From the human T2T-CHM13v2.0 reference genome, Homo sapiens: a stretch of DNA of 64,000 nt. Below, piece by piece: positions 1-13,061 of this stretch; positions within the stretch are counted from its first letter, which is position 1; each line of letters starts with the position of its first letter. The position numbers were made by a program, and so were the translations under genes. Location: the NCBI RefSeq assembly GCF_009914755.1, contig NC_060929.1; one strand, 5' to 3'. The notes under the pieces were generated by a model, which was not told the origin of the DNA, searched no databases, and saw nothing but the letters and a program-made list of their open reading frames with translations.

Positions 1-137
1 GTAATTCTGCTTCCATCCCATCATAAGTTGCTCAAATCCCATCTGACAACAAAGATAGCAAAACTGATGTGTCCTCTTGCCCAATGTCCTTAAGCAACCT
101 AAGGTACGATTTAAGTCATTGTGTTTATATACAGGTC

Positions 138-511
138 TGATATGATTTGGCTCTGTCCCCACCCAAATCTCATCTCGAATTGTAACCTCCATAATCCTCA
201 CATGTTGAGAGAGGAACTTGGTGGGAGGTGACTGGATCATGGGGTGGTTTCTTCCATGCTGTTCTCATGATAATGAGGGAGTTATCAGGAGATGTGATGG
301 TTTTATAAGGGGCTCTCCCCCTTTCACTCCTCACTCTTCTCTCTCCTGACACCATGTGAAGGTCCTTGCTTCCCCTTTGCTTTCTGCCACAACTGCATGT
401 TTCCTGAGGCCTCCCCAGCTATGTGGAACTGTGAGTCAATTAAACCTCTTTCCTTTATAAATTACCCAGTCTCAGGTAGTATGTGTATAGCAGTGAGAAT
501 GGACTAATACA
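138..511 (+). mobile_element. Solo MaLR LTR, THE1C/THE1D-like
   Basis: Starts TGATATGATTTGGCTCTGTCCCCACCCAAATCTC and ends GGACTAATACA; 5-bp TSD AGGTC at 133-137 and 512-516. Confidence 0.9.
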
Positions 512-931
512 AGGTCTTTAACTTAGTTCAAATCTGTATGTGTTTAAAAGTATATTGAATATTTTTCTTAGAACTAAGAAGGATCTGAATATTTTTGGTC
601 TTTAATTATCCAATTATTTCACTTGTCAGTTTATTTCTATATAAACTGTAATATTAAAATTATACATATTTGTCAAATTTAGTATAAATCTACATATATT
701 TGTTTGCAAATATGTTTATGTATTTGATTATAGAATGCCGTGCTAGATAGACTTCATTGGGGATATTCTGTGTTATCATTTTAAAAATCAGAAAAAATCT
801 GAATTCCAAAAGTCTACCTCCAAGGCTTTCAGATAGGTGATTAAGAACTGTATCCATACCAGGATTATTATGAAGTTTTCAAAACAGAATACATCTTAAG
901 GCGAAAATATTAAATTGCAAAATTATATTGA

Positions 932-1043
932 TGAGAAGCATTTCTGGATAGCTGTTAATCTTATTTATGTTCTTTGTATGTGATGAGTGAGAAGCATTTC
1001 TGGATAGCTGTTAATCTTATTTATGTTCTTTGTATGTGATGAG
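932..1043. repeat. Perfect 56-bp tandem duplication (2 copies)
   Basis: TGAGAAGCATTTCTGGATAGCTG...TGTGATGAG at 932-987 and again at 988-1043. Confidence 0.95.
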
Positions 1044-1495
1044 TCATTATCTCTTGCTGCTTTCCAGATTTTCTCTTTGCAGTTAGCTTCCAGCATTTTT
1101 CCTATGAAACGTCTGAGAGTGGATTTCTTCTGTATTTATCCTAATTGGAGTTCACTGAGCTTCTTAGGTGTGAAGATTAATTTTTTTTTAGTGTTTGTGA
1201 AGTTTTTTGCCATTATCTCCTTGAATATTTTTTATACTCCTTTCTCTTTCTCTTCTCTTCTAACACTCCCATTACATGAAAGTTGGTGTGCTTAAGGGTT
1301 ACCATATTTCTCTAAGGGTTCTATTCATTTTTTTCATTTTGTTTCTTCTCTTTTCTTTGGATGCACTCAACTCTATTATTGTATCTTCAAGTACACTGAT
1401 TATTTAGCCTGCCAGCTCAAATCTATGATTGAGACCCTCTAATAAATTTCAACTCCAGAATTTCCATTTATTTCATGGAATATAGTTCATTTATA

Positions 1496-1708
1496 TAGTT
1501 ATATGTCACTTAATGATGGAGATATGTTCTGAGAAATGAGTTGTAAGGCGATTTTGCCATTGTGCAAACATCAAAGAGTCTACTTACACAAACCTGGATA
1601 GTAGCACCTACTACACACCTAGGCTTTATGGTTTGCCATGATAGTCTTATGGGACCACTGTCATATATGCAATCATCTTTGACTGAAATACTATGAAGTA
1701 CATGACTG
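1496..1708 (+). mobile_element. Tigger3/MER7-like non-autonomous DNA transposon
   Basis: CACTTAATGATGGAGATATGTTCTGAGAAATG...ACTTACACAAACCTGGAT...CTACTACACACCTAGGC...CATGACTG resembles the Tigger3 termini. Confidence 0.75.
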
Positions 1709-1709
1709 C

Positions 1710-1850
1710 GTGTGTGTATATACATATGTATATACATGTATATATGTATATATATGTGTATATATGTATATATGTGTATATATACACACACAGTCATGTG
1801 CTGCATATATATGTGCTGTATATATATATACACACACACACATATATAAT
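1710..1850. repeat. (TA/TG/CA)n compound microsatellite
   Basis: Alternating purine-pyrimidine run visible directly. Confidence 0.9.
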
Positions 1851-3897
1851 TATGCATGTGTGTAAAATTTCAATCTTTTCTCTTTACTGACATTCTCCAT
1901 TTGAGACATTCTGTTCATATCTTCCTTTACCTCTTTAAACATGGTTTCATTTAGTTCTCTGGACGTATTTGTAATGGCTATTTCAAAGTCTTTAATAAAT
2001 CTGACATCTGCTCCTCTTTCCAGGCAGTTTTTGCAGCTTTTTTCCCCCTCCTGTATATGAGTCACACTTTCTCGCTTCTTTAGATGTCTTAAAATTTTTT
2101 GTTGGAAATTGGTTATTTTAGGGAATATATTGTAGCAATTCTGGGTACAGATTTGCTTCCTCCCTCTTCTGAGCTTGTTTTTGATATTGTTTGCTTATTT
2201 TGTGACTTGGCTAGGATATTTTAGTAAATTATATTTGTTCCACTCTGTGAAGCTTTTGATGCCACTCTTCAGAGGGTACAGCCTTGGGCATTCACACCGT
2301 CACCCTGGGATGACAGTGAATTTGGCAAGGCTCTCTTTGTCTTTTTCTCTACTCTCTCTGTTAAACTGTGTGCCTCATTCTGTGTTACATGCCAGCCCAT
2401 TAGCCTCCAGTAATTATCAACTAATTACTCTATTGTTTTAAAAAATGCTCTAGAGTATAAATTGCTCAGCAGTCTGATCCAATTAAATTCAGGCAGAGAC
2501 AGTTTTAAGGGCTCTTCTTACTTGTCCCTTGTTCTGGTTCTCGCTGGTGAACTAGATGTCCTGAAGTTCAGCTTGTTGCTCTTAATTTAGAGAAGAAATT
2601 ATTTTCAAGAGCAGCATTAGGCTTGAACCTTATGTTTCAAATAAAGTTAGTTTCTTTGGGGAGGATTTCAGAGTTTTTTCTTACAGACTGCCTTTTCCCC
2701 TGGGCAGTCTCCAAGCCACTATTCTAGGAGCTGAGCAGAGCAGTAGCTTCCAGTCTTCTTGGCTTGCCTCTTCTCTTGTGAAACCTCTCCCCTATAATAA
2801 GTTGCAACGAGGGAAATTAGGGTATCAATATTCTTGTCTTGCTGAACCTAATATAAAGCCTCTTTCTTATGCATGAAGAAGACTGGGTGAAGTAAGGGAG
2901 CCCCCAGCCTCTCAGCCACAATCACCAGGAAATTAGTCTTTTAAATTTGAGTTGAAGGGGATTAGAAATGCTGGCAGACTGCCCCTACTAATAAGATACA
3001 GTAACCCTTGATTGGAAGCTTAGGGGAGAGGGAGTCCCATCATCTTGGCCACATCTGCACAAAGTTCAGCTTACCTTATGTTGCACTTGAGGGGAAGATG
3101 GCATAAGTCATGACTCAAGTGGAAATCTCTGTAATAGTTCATTGTTTAAGAGTTATTTTGATGCCAGCCTTCAGGATTTTTTTCCCATTTTACTACATTC
3201 ACTTTTGTCCAAATCAACATTTGGCCTAACTTCTCATATAGAATACCTTGCCTTCAAGTAAATTTATTCCAAATTACTTCAGATAAAATCATACGCTTTC
3301 TGGACTAGAAGCTTGACTGAGTGCTTTGTGCTATATTATGCTTCTTTCTATTAATATACCACTCCACGTTAACACATGCTCAACTGTTGATGCACTGTCA
3401 TTTATAAAAGTCTTTCAGATGAGTTCTAAAAATAAATATAAGAGAAAATTAAATTTTAAACTGGAAAAAATAGGTAAGAACAAAATAGGGTAAGAAAGTG
3501 AGATATAGTGAGATGAACATACAAAATCTATGCCACAAATTCATATATACTCACTTGCTAAAGGTATAGTATACATTCATCTTAAAATAATGCTGAAAGC
3601 CACAATTTACTGCTTAAAAACAAACTAGTTGCAGGGGAAAAAGTTATTCCCGGTAAAGTTATAAGACAATTTTTCTAAAGCCATCATAAAGAAGATAGGA
3701 TATAATGTAATGAATAACCTCCTGAATGTAAAAATAATAAACAGTTTCATGGGGCAGTCTTTTACACTCAATATAAATATATGACATTACAACAAACATT
3801 GATAGATTTTGTGTGACACCAATAAAATGTAGCCCTGGCATTCAGCTTTCTAATAGTCTGGCTGCTACAGAAACAAGCTTTTTGTGCGTCTTTTAAG

Positions 3898-4119
3898 AAG
3901 TGGTTCTATCATGGGCAATACTACCTTCTAGGTAACATCTAGAAATGCATGGATGTGCTTCTGTTTGTCATAATGTCTAGGGTTCTGATAACGGACATTC
4001 AGTGCCCAGGGTCCAGGGTTGCTAAATATATTCCTCAATTCCGAGAGAGTACCTCATAAGTAAGAACTGTTGTTCTCAAGATAACAGTATCACAACCTCT
4101 CCTGCCTTGAGAAATACTG
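3898..4119 (+). mobile_element. MER20-like hAT MITE
   Basis: AGTGGTTCT start, CCAGGGTTGCTAAA internal motif, TTGAGAAATACTG end. Confidence 0.6.
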
Positions 4120-4204
4120 ATCTAGAATTTTGAATTTCAAGCTATGCTCCACAGAAATGACTCATAAGCTATCATATGTGTGAGATGTGTGAGTCTGCAT
4201 ATCA

Positions 4205-4271
<67 letters not shown>
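4205..4271. repeat. (TG)n(TA)n microsatellite
   Basis: About 10 TG units followed by more than 20 TA units. Confidence 0.95.
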
Positions 4272-4273
<2 letters not shown>

Positions 4274-4807
4274 GTGTGTGTTAGTGTTTGGGAAGTAAGA
4301 GGGGGTGCGTCTGCCTCCCTAGACTGACCAGAGCAGCTCCATTTTTACCTGTTTTGTATATTAGACATCCGAATAAGAAAGACATAGTTTAAACAAGAAG
4401 GAAAAATATAAATTTATTCATCAGAATCCCAGGGTGGCTTAGAAAAAGGAATCTTAGAAGAAGCAGCTATGGGAGAGAAGCAGAAGCACATCCATGCATT
4501 TATGTTGCCTAGCAGGTGGCACTGCCCCTGATAGTTAGAATCACTTCTTAAAACACATAAAAATATTATTTCTGCAGCAGCCAAACCATTAGAGTGCTGA
4601 ATTCCAGGGCAGTATTTTATTGATATCACATAAAACATTGTCAGGGGTTGGAGGTTAAGTGGGAGGCTGCAGAAGATAGAGATGTGGTAGGGTGGAAATG
4701 GAAGACAGAATGAGAGAAGAAAGGACATGGCAGAAATAAAGTTCTTACAATGAAATCACCTTTTCCCCTATATCTTTAGAAAAATAAACTCACAAAAGGC
4801 TTGGCTG

Positions 4808-5373
4808 TTGTATTAATTATCTAATTTGTATAACAAATCACTCCAAAACTCACTGCCATTTATTATCTCTCACAGTTCCTCTGGGTTAGGAATTTGTTAG
4901 TGGCATGGCTGGGTATAACTGGCTCATGGTTTCTCATGAAGTTGCAGTCAAATGGCAGCTGCAGGTTCAGTCAGTCAGTCAGCTAGTCATCTAAGTTCAG
5001 TCAGTCCTGTCCTCTAAAGAGTTGACTAGGATTGTAGGATCCACTTCCAGGGTGGTTTGTTCACTACACGGCTGTCAAGTAAACACTGGCTGTTGTAGCA
5101 GGCCTCAGTTCCTCTTCATGTGGACGTCTCCTCAGAGCTTCCTGTGTGCTCTCATGGAGGCTGGCTTCCCCCAGAGAGAACAATCCAAGAAACCAAGATG
5201 AAAGCTTAAATGCCTTTATACCTAGCCTTGCAAAGCCTGTATCATTACTTTACTGCCACCACATTTTATTGGTCATACAGAAGGGCCATGATTCAATGTG
5301 AGTAGGAGCTACAAAAGGGTGTGAATGTCAAGAGGCAAAGATTATTGGGAGCATCTTAGAGGCTGGCTACCAC
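4808..5373 (-). mobile_element. MLT1-family MaLR LTR
   Basis: TGTATTAATTATCTA...TAACAAATCACTCCAAAACT...ATTATCTCTCACAGTT...GGCTGGCTACCACA, typical of antisense MLT1. Confidence 0.7.
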
Positions 5374-5459
5374 AGCCATAGTACTTTTTATATGCTTGTT
5401 TGTGTATCTGTCTGTATGTTAGTGGAAGTGAACAAATCCAGGAGCAGAAGTAGACACAG

Positions 5460-5830
5460 AGTTAATTCTTTGTATTTACTGTTGAATTCAATTTTCTAAT
5501 ATTTTGTTGAGGCTATTTGGATATATTTTCATGAGAGAGACTGGTCTGTAGTTTTCTTTTCTTATAATGTCCTTGTCTTATTTTGGCATTAGGGTAATGC
5601 TGGCCTGAAAGAATGAGTTAGGAAGTATTTCCTCTGCTTCTATCTTCTGAAAGAAACTTGCAGATAATTGATATAATTTCTTCCTTAAATGTTTGGTAAA
5701 ATTCACCAGTGAACCTATCTGGGCCTGGTACTTTCTGTTTTGGAAGGCTATTAATTATTGATTCCATTTCTTTAATAGTTATAGGTCTATTCAGATTATC
5801 TATTTTCTCCTTTGTGAGTTTTGGCAGTGG
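5460..5830 (-). mobile_element. Old L1 ORF2 (RT region) fragment
   Basis: TTTTGGCATTAGGGTAATGCTGGCCT...AATGAGTTAGGAAGTATTTCCTCTGCTTCTAT...ATTCACCAGTGAACCTATCTGGGCCTGG. Confidence 0.8.
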
Positions 5831-8686
5831 TTATTGTTTTTAATTGAAATTCCTTTAAGGCATTAGACCAGTTGACACATAACCTGAAGTCTATGTGTTC
5901 AATCAGAAACATACCTCAAATGTAAGAGACAGGTGGGGCTGTGTGCTTTCCTGTTTGGCAAAATATCTATTATATTTTTGTATCAATGTAATAGAGTTCA
6001 AATATAATAAATCATGGCTACTTCTTGGCTAGTACATTGATCACAAGTTGTTTATATTTGGGGGCCTACTGAGATTATTATCCATGGGTACCATTATGTT
6101 TAAATTAGACTCTAAATGAGTATCCTGAAAATCTCAAAATCTGTATAGACTGTTAGCTATTAGCAAAGCATTACTTCTGTTTACACAACTCTCCCTATAT
6201 ACATTATCATCTATACTCCTAGGGACTGCTATATCTCTTGGTACCACTAGCTTCCTATCCAATATTCACTCTTCCATTGTTTTATTAAAGCAACCCTAAT
6301 TTTGTTTGGAGCAGCAAAGTCTCTGGCTAAAAAACATTTCTCCTGAAGCTTTCTTTGCAACTATGAGTTCTAGCTAAAGCTTAGTAGGGGATGTTGGTAA
6401 AGTTTACTTTCATGATAGAGGCACAGTACCTTCTTCCTTGTCCCTTCCCAATTTCTTTTACCTCCCTGGATGATAGACATAAGAATGGTGATAGAGCAGT
6501 CACCTTGCTATCAAGAGATGACCAGGAAGATGAAAACCACATACAAAGATGATGGGACACAAAGACAGAAGCCTGGAACATTTATGGCATTAGAGATGAA
6601 CCACAGTCAAGTTGTTGGAGACGAGTTTCTGTTATATTCCATCAAATACAATCCTAGGATATCTCACACCTTCCTGAAAACCCTAGTTCAAACCTATTTC
6701 TTCAGTAAGCCTTCTGGGATGTAATAATAATAACTCTTGCATGGGACTTTATTGTTTGCAAAGTACTTTCACATACTTTATATCTTTCGATATTCACATC
6801 AGTCCTGTGGCCAGAATACCCTTCTCTTCATATTCTCACCTCTCTGGAGTTGATGCCATCCATCCCTATACTGTAAACCACACTGTAGAACAATGACTCC
6901 CAAGCAGCTGCCTCCAATCTTGACCTCTCTTGAGCTCTAGATTTGTTTTCCAACTGAATTCTGGGCACCCAGCTCAAAGACGAGTACTTGAAACATCTAA
7001 ACTGTCTATAACTTAACCTGTTATTTTCTCATTTCAGGTCCCTAAACACTGCTCTTAATCCAGTATTATTTTAATAAATCTCAGTTAATATAATCACTCA
7101 AACTGACAAGCTAGAAATTTCAGAGTTATCCTCAATTCCATGCTCTCTATAACTTCCCAAAACAATCAGGAATCAAATCCTAGATCACGGCCACTGCCAT
7201 GAGATTAGGTTCTCATCATTTTTCTGGTGGACTACTGTTAAGATCATTTAACTGGCCTTCTGCAGAAAGGCAACCTAAAAGATAAATCAACTATTTTTAT
7301 TTATTCATTCACCAAATAGTTAAATGACTAGTCTTCTGCAGAAAGGAACTCTAAAAAAGAAATCAATTATCTTTTATTTATTCATTCACCAGATAGGTAT
7401 AGAGCACCTGCTACATAATAAATATTATAATGTTAAAAATATGGTTTCAACAAAAAAACTTGCCATGTTATAGTAAGAAGCTAGTAATCCTAAAGTCGAT
7501 ATAGATTTAGCAAGTGATTTATTATATTACTGTTGAAAACGCAATGAAAGTAATAGGAATAAAATAATTTACTAAGGTGGTATATTTTTTAAAGAGATTT
7601 GTTTTCTTTGGTATTGTAATGAATCAGCAGGAAACATTTTAAAGAAATGAATTCATTTGGTTTTATGGAAATATAAGCAAAAATAAAAAGTGTGATATAT
7701 AGTTTAGAACATTAATTTCTAAAATACATTCTGTAAAATACTGCTTCTTGGGATGAAACTACCTCGAAAAGCTTTCTGTTGTGAAATGTTTGAGAAACCA
7801 CTGGATTAGACAAAAATAAGTAGGTTTGCATATACTAAGATTTCTCAGTGTTAATATTCTCATATATACTCTACATCTCTCTGAGTAGCAGTGTGACATG
7901 TAGTACTTTAAAATTTATTGACTAAAGAAATCTTTAGAACATCATCTCCTAGAACTACATACAGGACACATTTTGGAAAATGTTAAGCATTTGTGAGCAG
8001 ACACTTTACCAGGAGCTCTGGACGGACAATGAACTTCAAGACAGGAACATTTATCAAATTTATCATAACAATGAATGATTCTGATAATGAATCAGACGTT
8101 CAGCAAGAATATAGCACTACTCATTAAGATCATAAGGGTCCATGCAGAATAGGTCTTAGTGAAATAAAAATCTGCTACCTTCAATCAAGTATGTATGTGG
8201 ATTACCCAAACCAAGAATGTTTATACTTTAAAGAGAAATGTTTCAGCTCATGAAATGGCTCCAGCAGTCTGCCTGGGTGCTTGGCAGTTCATCTGCAACC
8301 TGGCACAGACCCAGATTTCTTTTTTTAGTTTTACTATTAATTCTTCATGTATTTTTTTAAAGTTCCAATAAAAATGAGGTTGAAACTGTATACTTTAAAA
8401 GACAATTTCTGAAAAACAGATAATATTAAAATTATATCAAGACTTTGGAAAGGTAACATGCATTAGAGAATATAAGATTTAGACTCTAACCTGAGGAAGC
8501 AAATTATTTGACCAACCAAATGAATTTGTTCAGACATACTGTTAAGATGGTAAGGTAAATAAGAGACTCTTACTACAGTCTTATCCCCTCCTAGAAATTT
8601 TTCTAATAGACAACTTGGATATTTTTCTCAAGATTAACGGCTTTTAAAAATTGTTTTATTACACATCTCCAATATACCCCCCTCTC

Positions 8687-8691
<5 letters not shown>

Positions 8692-8722
<31 letters not shown>
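8692..8722. repeat. (CA)n microsatellite
   Basis: About 15 CA units. Confidence 0.95.
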
Positions 8723-8726
<4 letters not shown>

Positions 8727-9211
8727 CGCCAAATTTTTGAACCTTCTCTTTTGAAGTCCAAAAGAGTCTTCATACTAAATAAATAATAAATAAATAAAAA
8801 TCAAAAAGGTGCAATTTCACCAACCACAGAGGATGTGTGAAGACTGGTCTTCTGAATTCAAGGTTGCCCCAGGATAAGCGAGTCCAGGGGAGATTAAATG
8901 AATTTCCCTATTCATAGCAATAAGAAAGTTCCCACCTCCTTTATTCTCCCCAACAAAAAAGCTTCCCCTATCAAACGACCTGGTGGCTTTTCCAGGATGG
9001 ACTGCTTAGACTCTTAGGAGGGGCCCAGATAGCAGGCCCAGCCTGGGGTTGCGAGTAGTGTTTCTTCTAACAAAGCTATGGCACCCTGAGAAAGGAGGCT
9101 CAGTATTCCCCTGTGAGGATCTTTGTGGGTCTTTCAGTTGCCCTAGGATGGTGAATATGACAATAACCTGAGCTCCCAAATCATCTGAAGCAGGACCTCT
9201 TAATCACTCAC

Positions 9212-9290
9212 CGCTGCGCTCTGAGCCGCTGGGAACCAAGGCTGGTTGCTAAGGACGCTGTGGGAGTCGCTCTGAGACAGACGTTGCTCT
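9212..9290 (-). other. TMEM232: Probable non-coding first exon of a minus-strand gene (likely TMEM232)
   Basis: Local CpG enrichment; minus-strand donor GCG|GTGAGT (ACTCAC at 9206-9211); no ATG in the exon. The gene name rests on recalled human gene order (TMEM232 lies head-to-head upstream of SLC25A46), not on coding sequence in this window. TSS approximate. Confidence 0.6.
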
Positions 9291-9335
9291 TTTACGGTCT
9301 CGTGACCAGGGCTTAGCCAATCAGGACTTATAAGT
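9245..9335 (-). promoter_or_regulatory. Promoter elements of the minus-strand gene: RFX X-box-like site and CCAAT box
   Basis: GTTGCTAAGGACGC at 9245-9258 (reverse complement contains CCTTAGCAAC); AGCCAATCAG with CCAAT at 9317-9321. Confidence 0.55.
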
Positions 9336-9823
9336 GAATTTCCACCTGCCCTGTCCCGTCTCCACCACATTTGTGTTCAATTTCTAAAGAATAAATGCAA
9401 TGTTGTGTGAAAGACCTTTATTCGTTTTTAAAGAACATAGTAATGATTTGTTTCGAATATTGTACATACTTGCATATCCTGCAAGAAGCCACGGCAAGAA
9501 GCGGCTTCACAGTGCTTTAATGTCTCCTCAGTGTCTTAATGCTGCTTCCCCAAAACAAACCAGCACGCCTATCATACCAAAAGTAGCTATGTCTTTAAAT
9601 TAAATTGCCGTTCGTAAGTTCCTTTTACATAGAAAATTTGGAGCAGTCAGTGTCCTCAGCACCCGTCAGTGAGTAAACAAAGCACCTAGAATGTTCTGCT
9701 ATGTACTAAACACCAGAGGGCGAATTTAAACACAAAAGAACGCCTCTTTTTAAAGGTAGTATGCAATAGAATTATCTAATATAAGTCCTTTAAAAATCCT
9801 TGTAGAATTCCTATGTCTACTAA

Positions 9824-10206
<383 letters not shown>

Positions 10207-11460
10207 TACTAAAACGTAATATACAGGGATTGTCCTGTGAAATGACCTGCCTTTAAAAATTAGAACTTTGAAAGAAAATTTAACTTGAACTACTTCGATT
10301 CGGAATTAAGTTTTTTTGTTTTTTGAGTGCATTTTTATGTTTAAAACAGAAATTACAATATGTGATCTCAGGCTTCTCTGACGTATCACTCCTAGAAGAT
10401 CAGTAAGTTAAAGGTAATAATGAAAAGTGAAATTGACAAAGACTATAAACTACATATGTGAGAGAACAAATCCTAGAATATCAACAGTGCTTACCATAAT
10501 CCAGATAAAATAAAAATGAAAAGACTGTGGTATTTAATAATAGCCTGGGGGCTTGCTTGTTTTAATTTCAAGAGATCTAGAAAAGTGTTAAAAGCATAAA
10601 AAAATACAAACTGTTAACCAGGTTATTCATAATCAAATGAAGATTGAATTAAAAAGGAATAAAAGGAAGGCCGAATAAAAAATTCTTCTCCATAATATAA
10701 GAATCAGTTGAAACTATAGCATGTTTAGAGAAAAAAAGTCACCCCATCGATTCTACAGTGAAGACAACAGAACAAGTTTATATAAGGAAGAATTCACAAA
10801 TACATATATATATATATTACACATATCTACTTATTCTAAATATATCTACTGATTTTATATATGTATCTACTGATTTTATTTATATATATATCAGTAGAAT
10901 GAAAGATTACAGAAAAAGCATAAAATTTATATATGATAAATTTGCCATTTTAACTCAGTGGGGAAAAACTGTACAGAGGCTGAGCACAATTTGAAAGAAA
11001 ATAAATCTGAACTACTATCTCATACCATAGCAACAATAAATCTCAGAGGAATGAAGCTTAAAACAGGAAATAATTTTAAATAATTTTAAGATAATATTGG
11101 TATAACCTTAGAGTCACAATAATATTAAGCTAATAGGAGACCCACAATGATTTTAAAAAATGACAAGAATATTTAGAAAATTTATGTAAGAAAAATAAAT
11201 CTAATAAAGTCATACCTCCCCTTTCTCCCTTTAATTAGTCATCTACATTGAAGTTTTGACAAGACAAATCTAATTTTTTCAAATTATTATATATATACCT
11301 ATATATATATAATCCTAAAATGGCCATTAATTAGCAATTAGGAAAATAAGCATGTCAAAACCATCCTAACCCCTTAGTATGGCACAATTATGCTTTCAGA
11401 AACTATATCATTGCCTACTTGCCCAGTTTTTTTCTGCTTTTTTTTTTTTTTACCAGTCTT

Positions 11461-11786
<326 letters not shown>

Positions 11787-13061
11787 TAAAACTTTTTCCA
11801 CTGCTATGTAATCAATTAAAAAATATTTTAAGTTTCCTAAACATATCATGAGCTCTCGTTTCTTAATAACCTCATGCATGCTCTTCCTCTGTCTGAAAAT
11901 ATACTTGCCCACTCACTCCTCAACTGCTGCCACAAACTCACACAAACGCATACCACCCCCTGCTCCCTAATAACCACACACCAGGTAAATGCTTACTCTT
12001 GATCAAGACTCGGATGTTAGACATTTGTCAACATTTTGGATCTGGAGAATCCAATCACCCTTCCATGCTACCTGGGGAATTCTTCATGTAATATGAATGG
12101 GAAGTGGTGTTTCATCATCCACTACAAAAGCCAAAAACGGCAGATTATATTTTCTCAGAACTCTGTGTTGGAATATGACAGAAGTTTGGCCAAGTATGTG
12201 TTCTAGTTTAAGAATTTGAATTTTTAGCAGATAATATCAAGATGAAAGTAGCAATAACTGTGCCTTGGGCCATGATAGCAGCACCCTTACAGATTTTCCT
12301 GCCAAAAGACAGTTGTGGTACCTCCTGCTTCTTGGTCCTCTAGAACAGCATTTTTTTTTCCTGTCCATTTCAATCCTTGACTTACAGCCTTCCATCAATT
12401 CTATAAACCCTGATTATCCTGTCAAATCTTCTGTTTAAAGTAACAAATTGAGTTTCTGTTATCTTCAACCAAAGTGACACATTCACCTGGGAAGACACCT
12501 CATTTTAGAAGCCTTCCAACGCAATGACTGTTCTCTCAGGATAACTTAGAAGACATCCTTCAATGTTTCCTTAGCATTCTGAGTGCTCTTATATAGCACT
12601 TATCAAAATTTTACCTAGAGAAATCTACCTAGTGAGTACTCATTAAAAAGTCAGGAAAGAGATGAAACTATTAGTAAGTTACACAATTTAAAATATGCAT
12701 TATATTTTCTTCAATCATATTTCTCAAACCTTAAGCTTCAGTCCTCCAGTTGCTTGGAATCAAGGCTATTAGCATCTTCACTGACACGATTCAAATTAGT
12801 CCATAATACTGCAATTACCTTCCTAGATTAGAATTGATTTTCCAGGGAAAACAATCTGACACCAAAAGTGAATCATAGGAAAAAACTATAGCCATGAAAA
12901 AATATTTATCAGTTTGAACTGTTGCATTAGAATTAATATTGATTTTGTAATTTAACAACTTTCTAGATGACAATTTCTTAACTATTTTTGATATTATGTG
13001 ATATCAGTTTAGTTTTGCCATGGAGTGTATAACTTAATTGTAAATAATTTCTATTTGATAC

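Larger units (their letters stand above)
1040..3100 (-). mobile_element. Degraded L1M-type fragments, interrupted by a Tigger3 MITE and a microsatellite
   Basis: T-rich antisense L1-like sequence, e.g. TCTCTTGCTGCTTTCCAGATTTTCTCTTTG and GGAGTTCACTGAGCTTCTT; boundaries approximate. Confidence 0.55.

Noticed and set aside
1510-1890. His/Ile/Tyr-rich ORFs
   Set aside because: Translation of a (TA/CA)n microsatellite and Tigger3 sequence.
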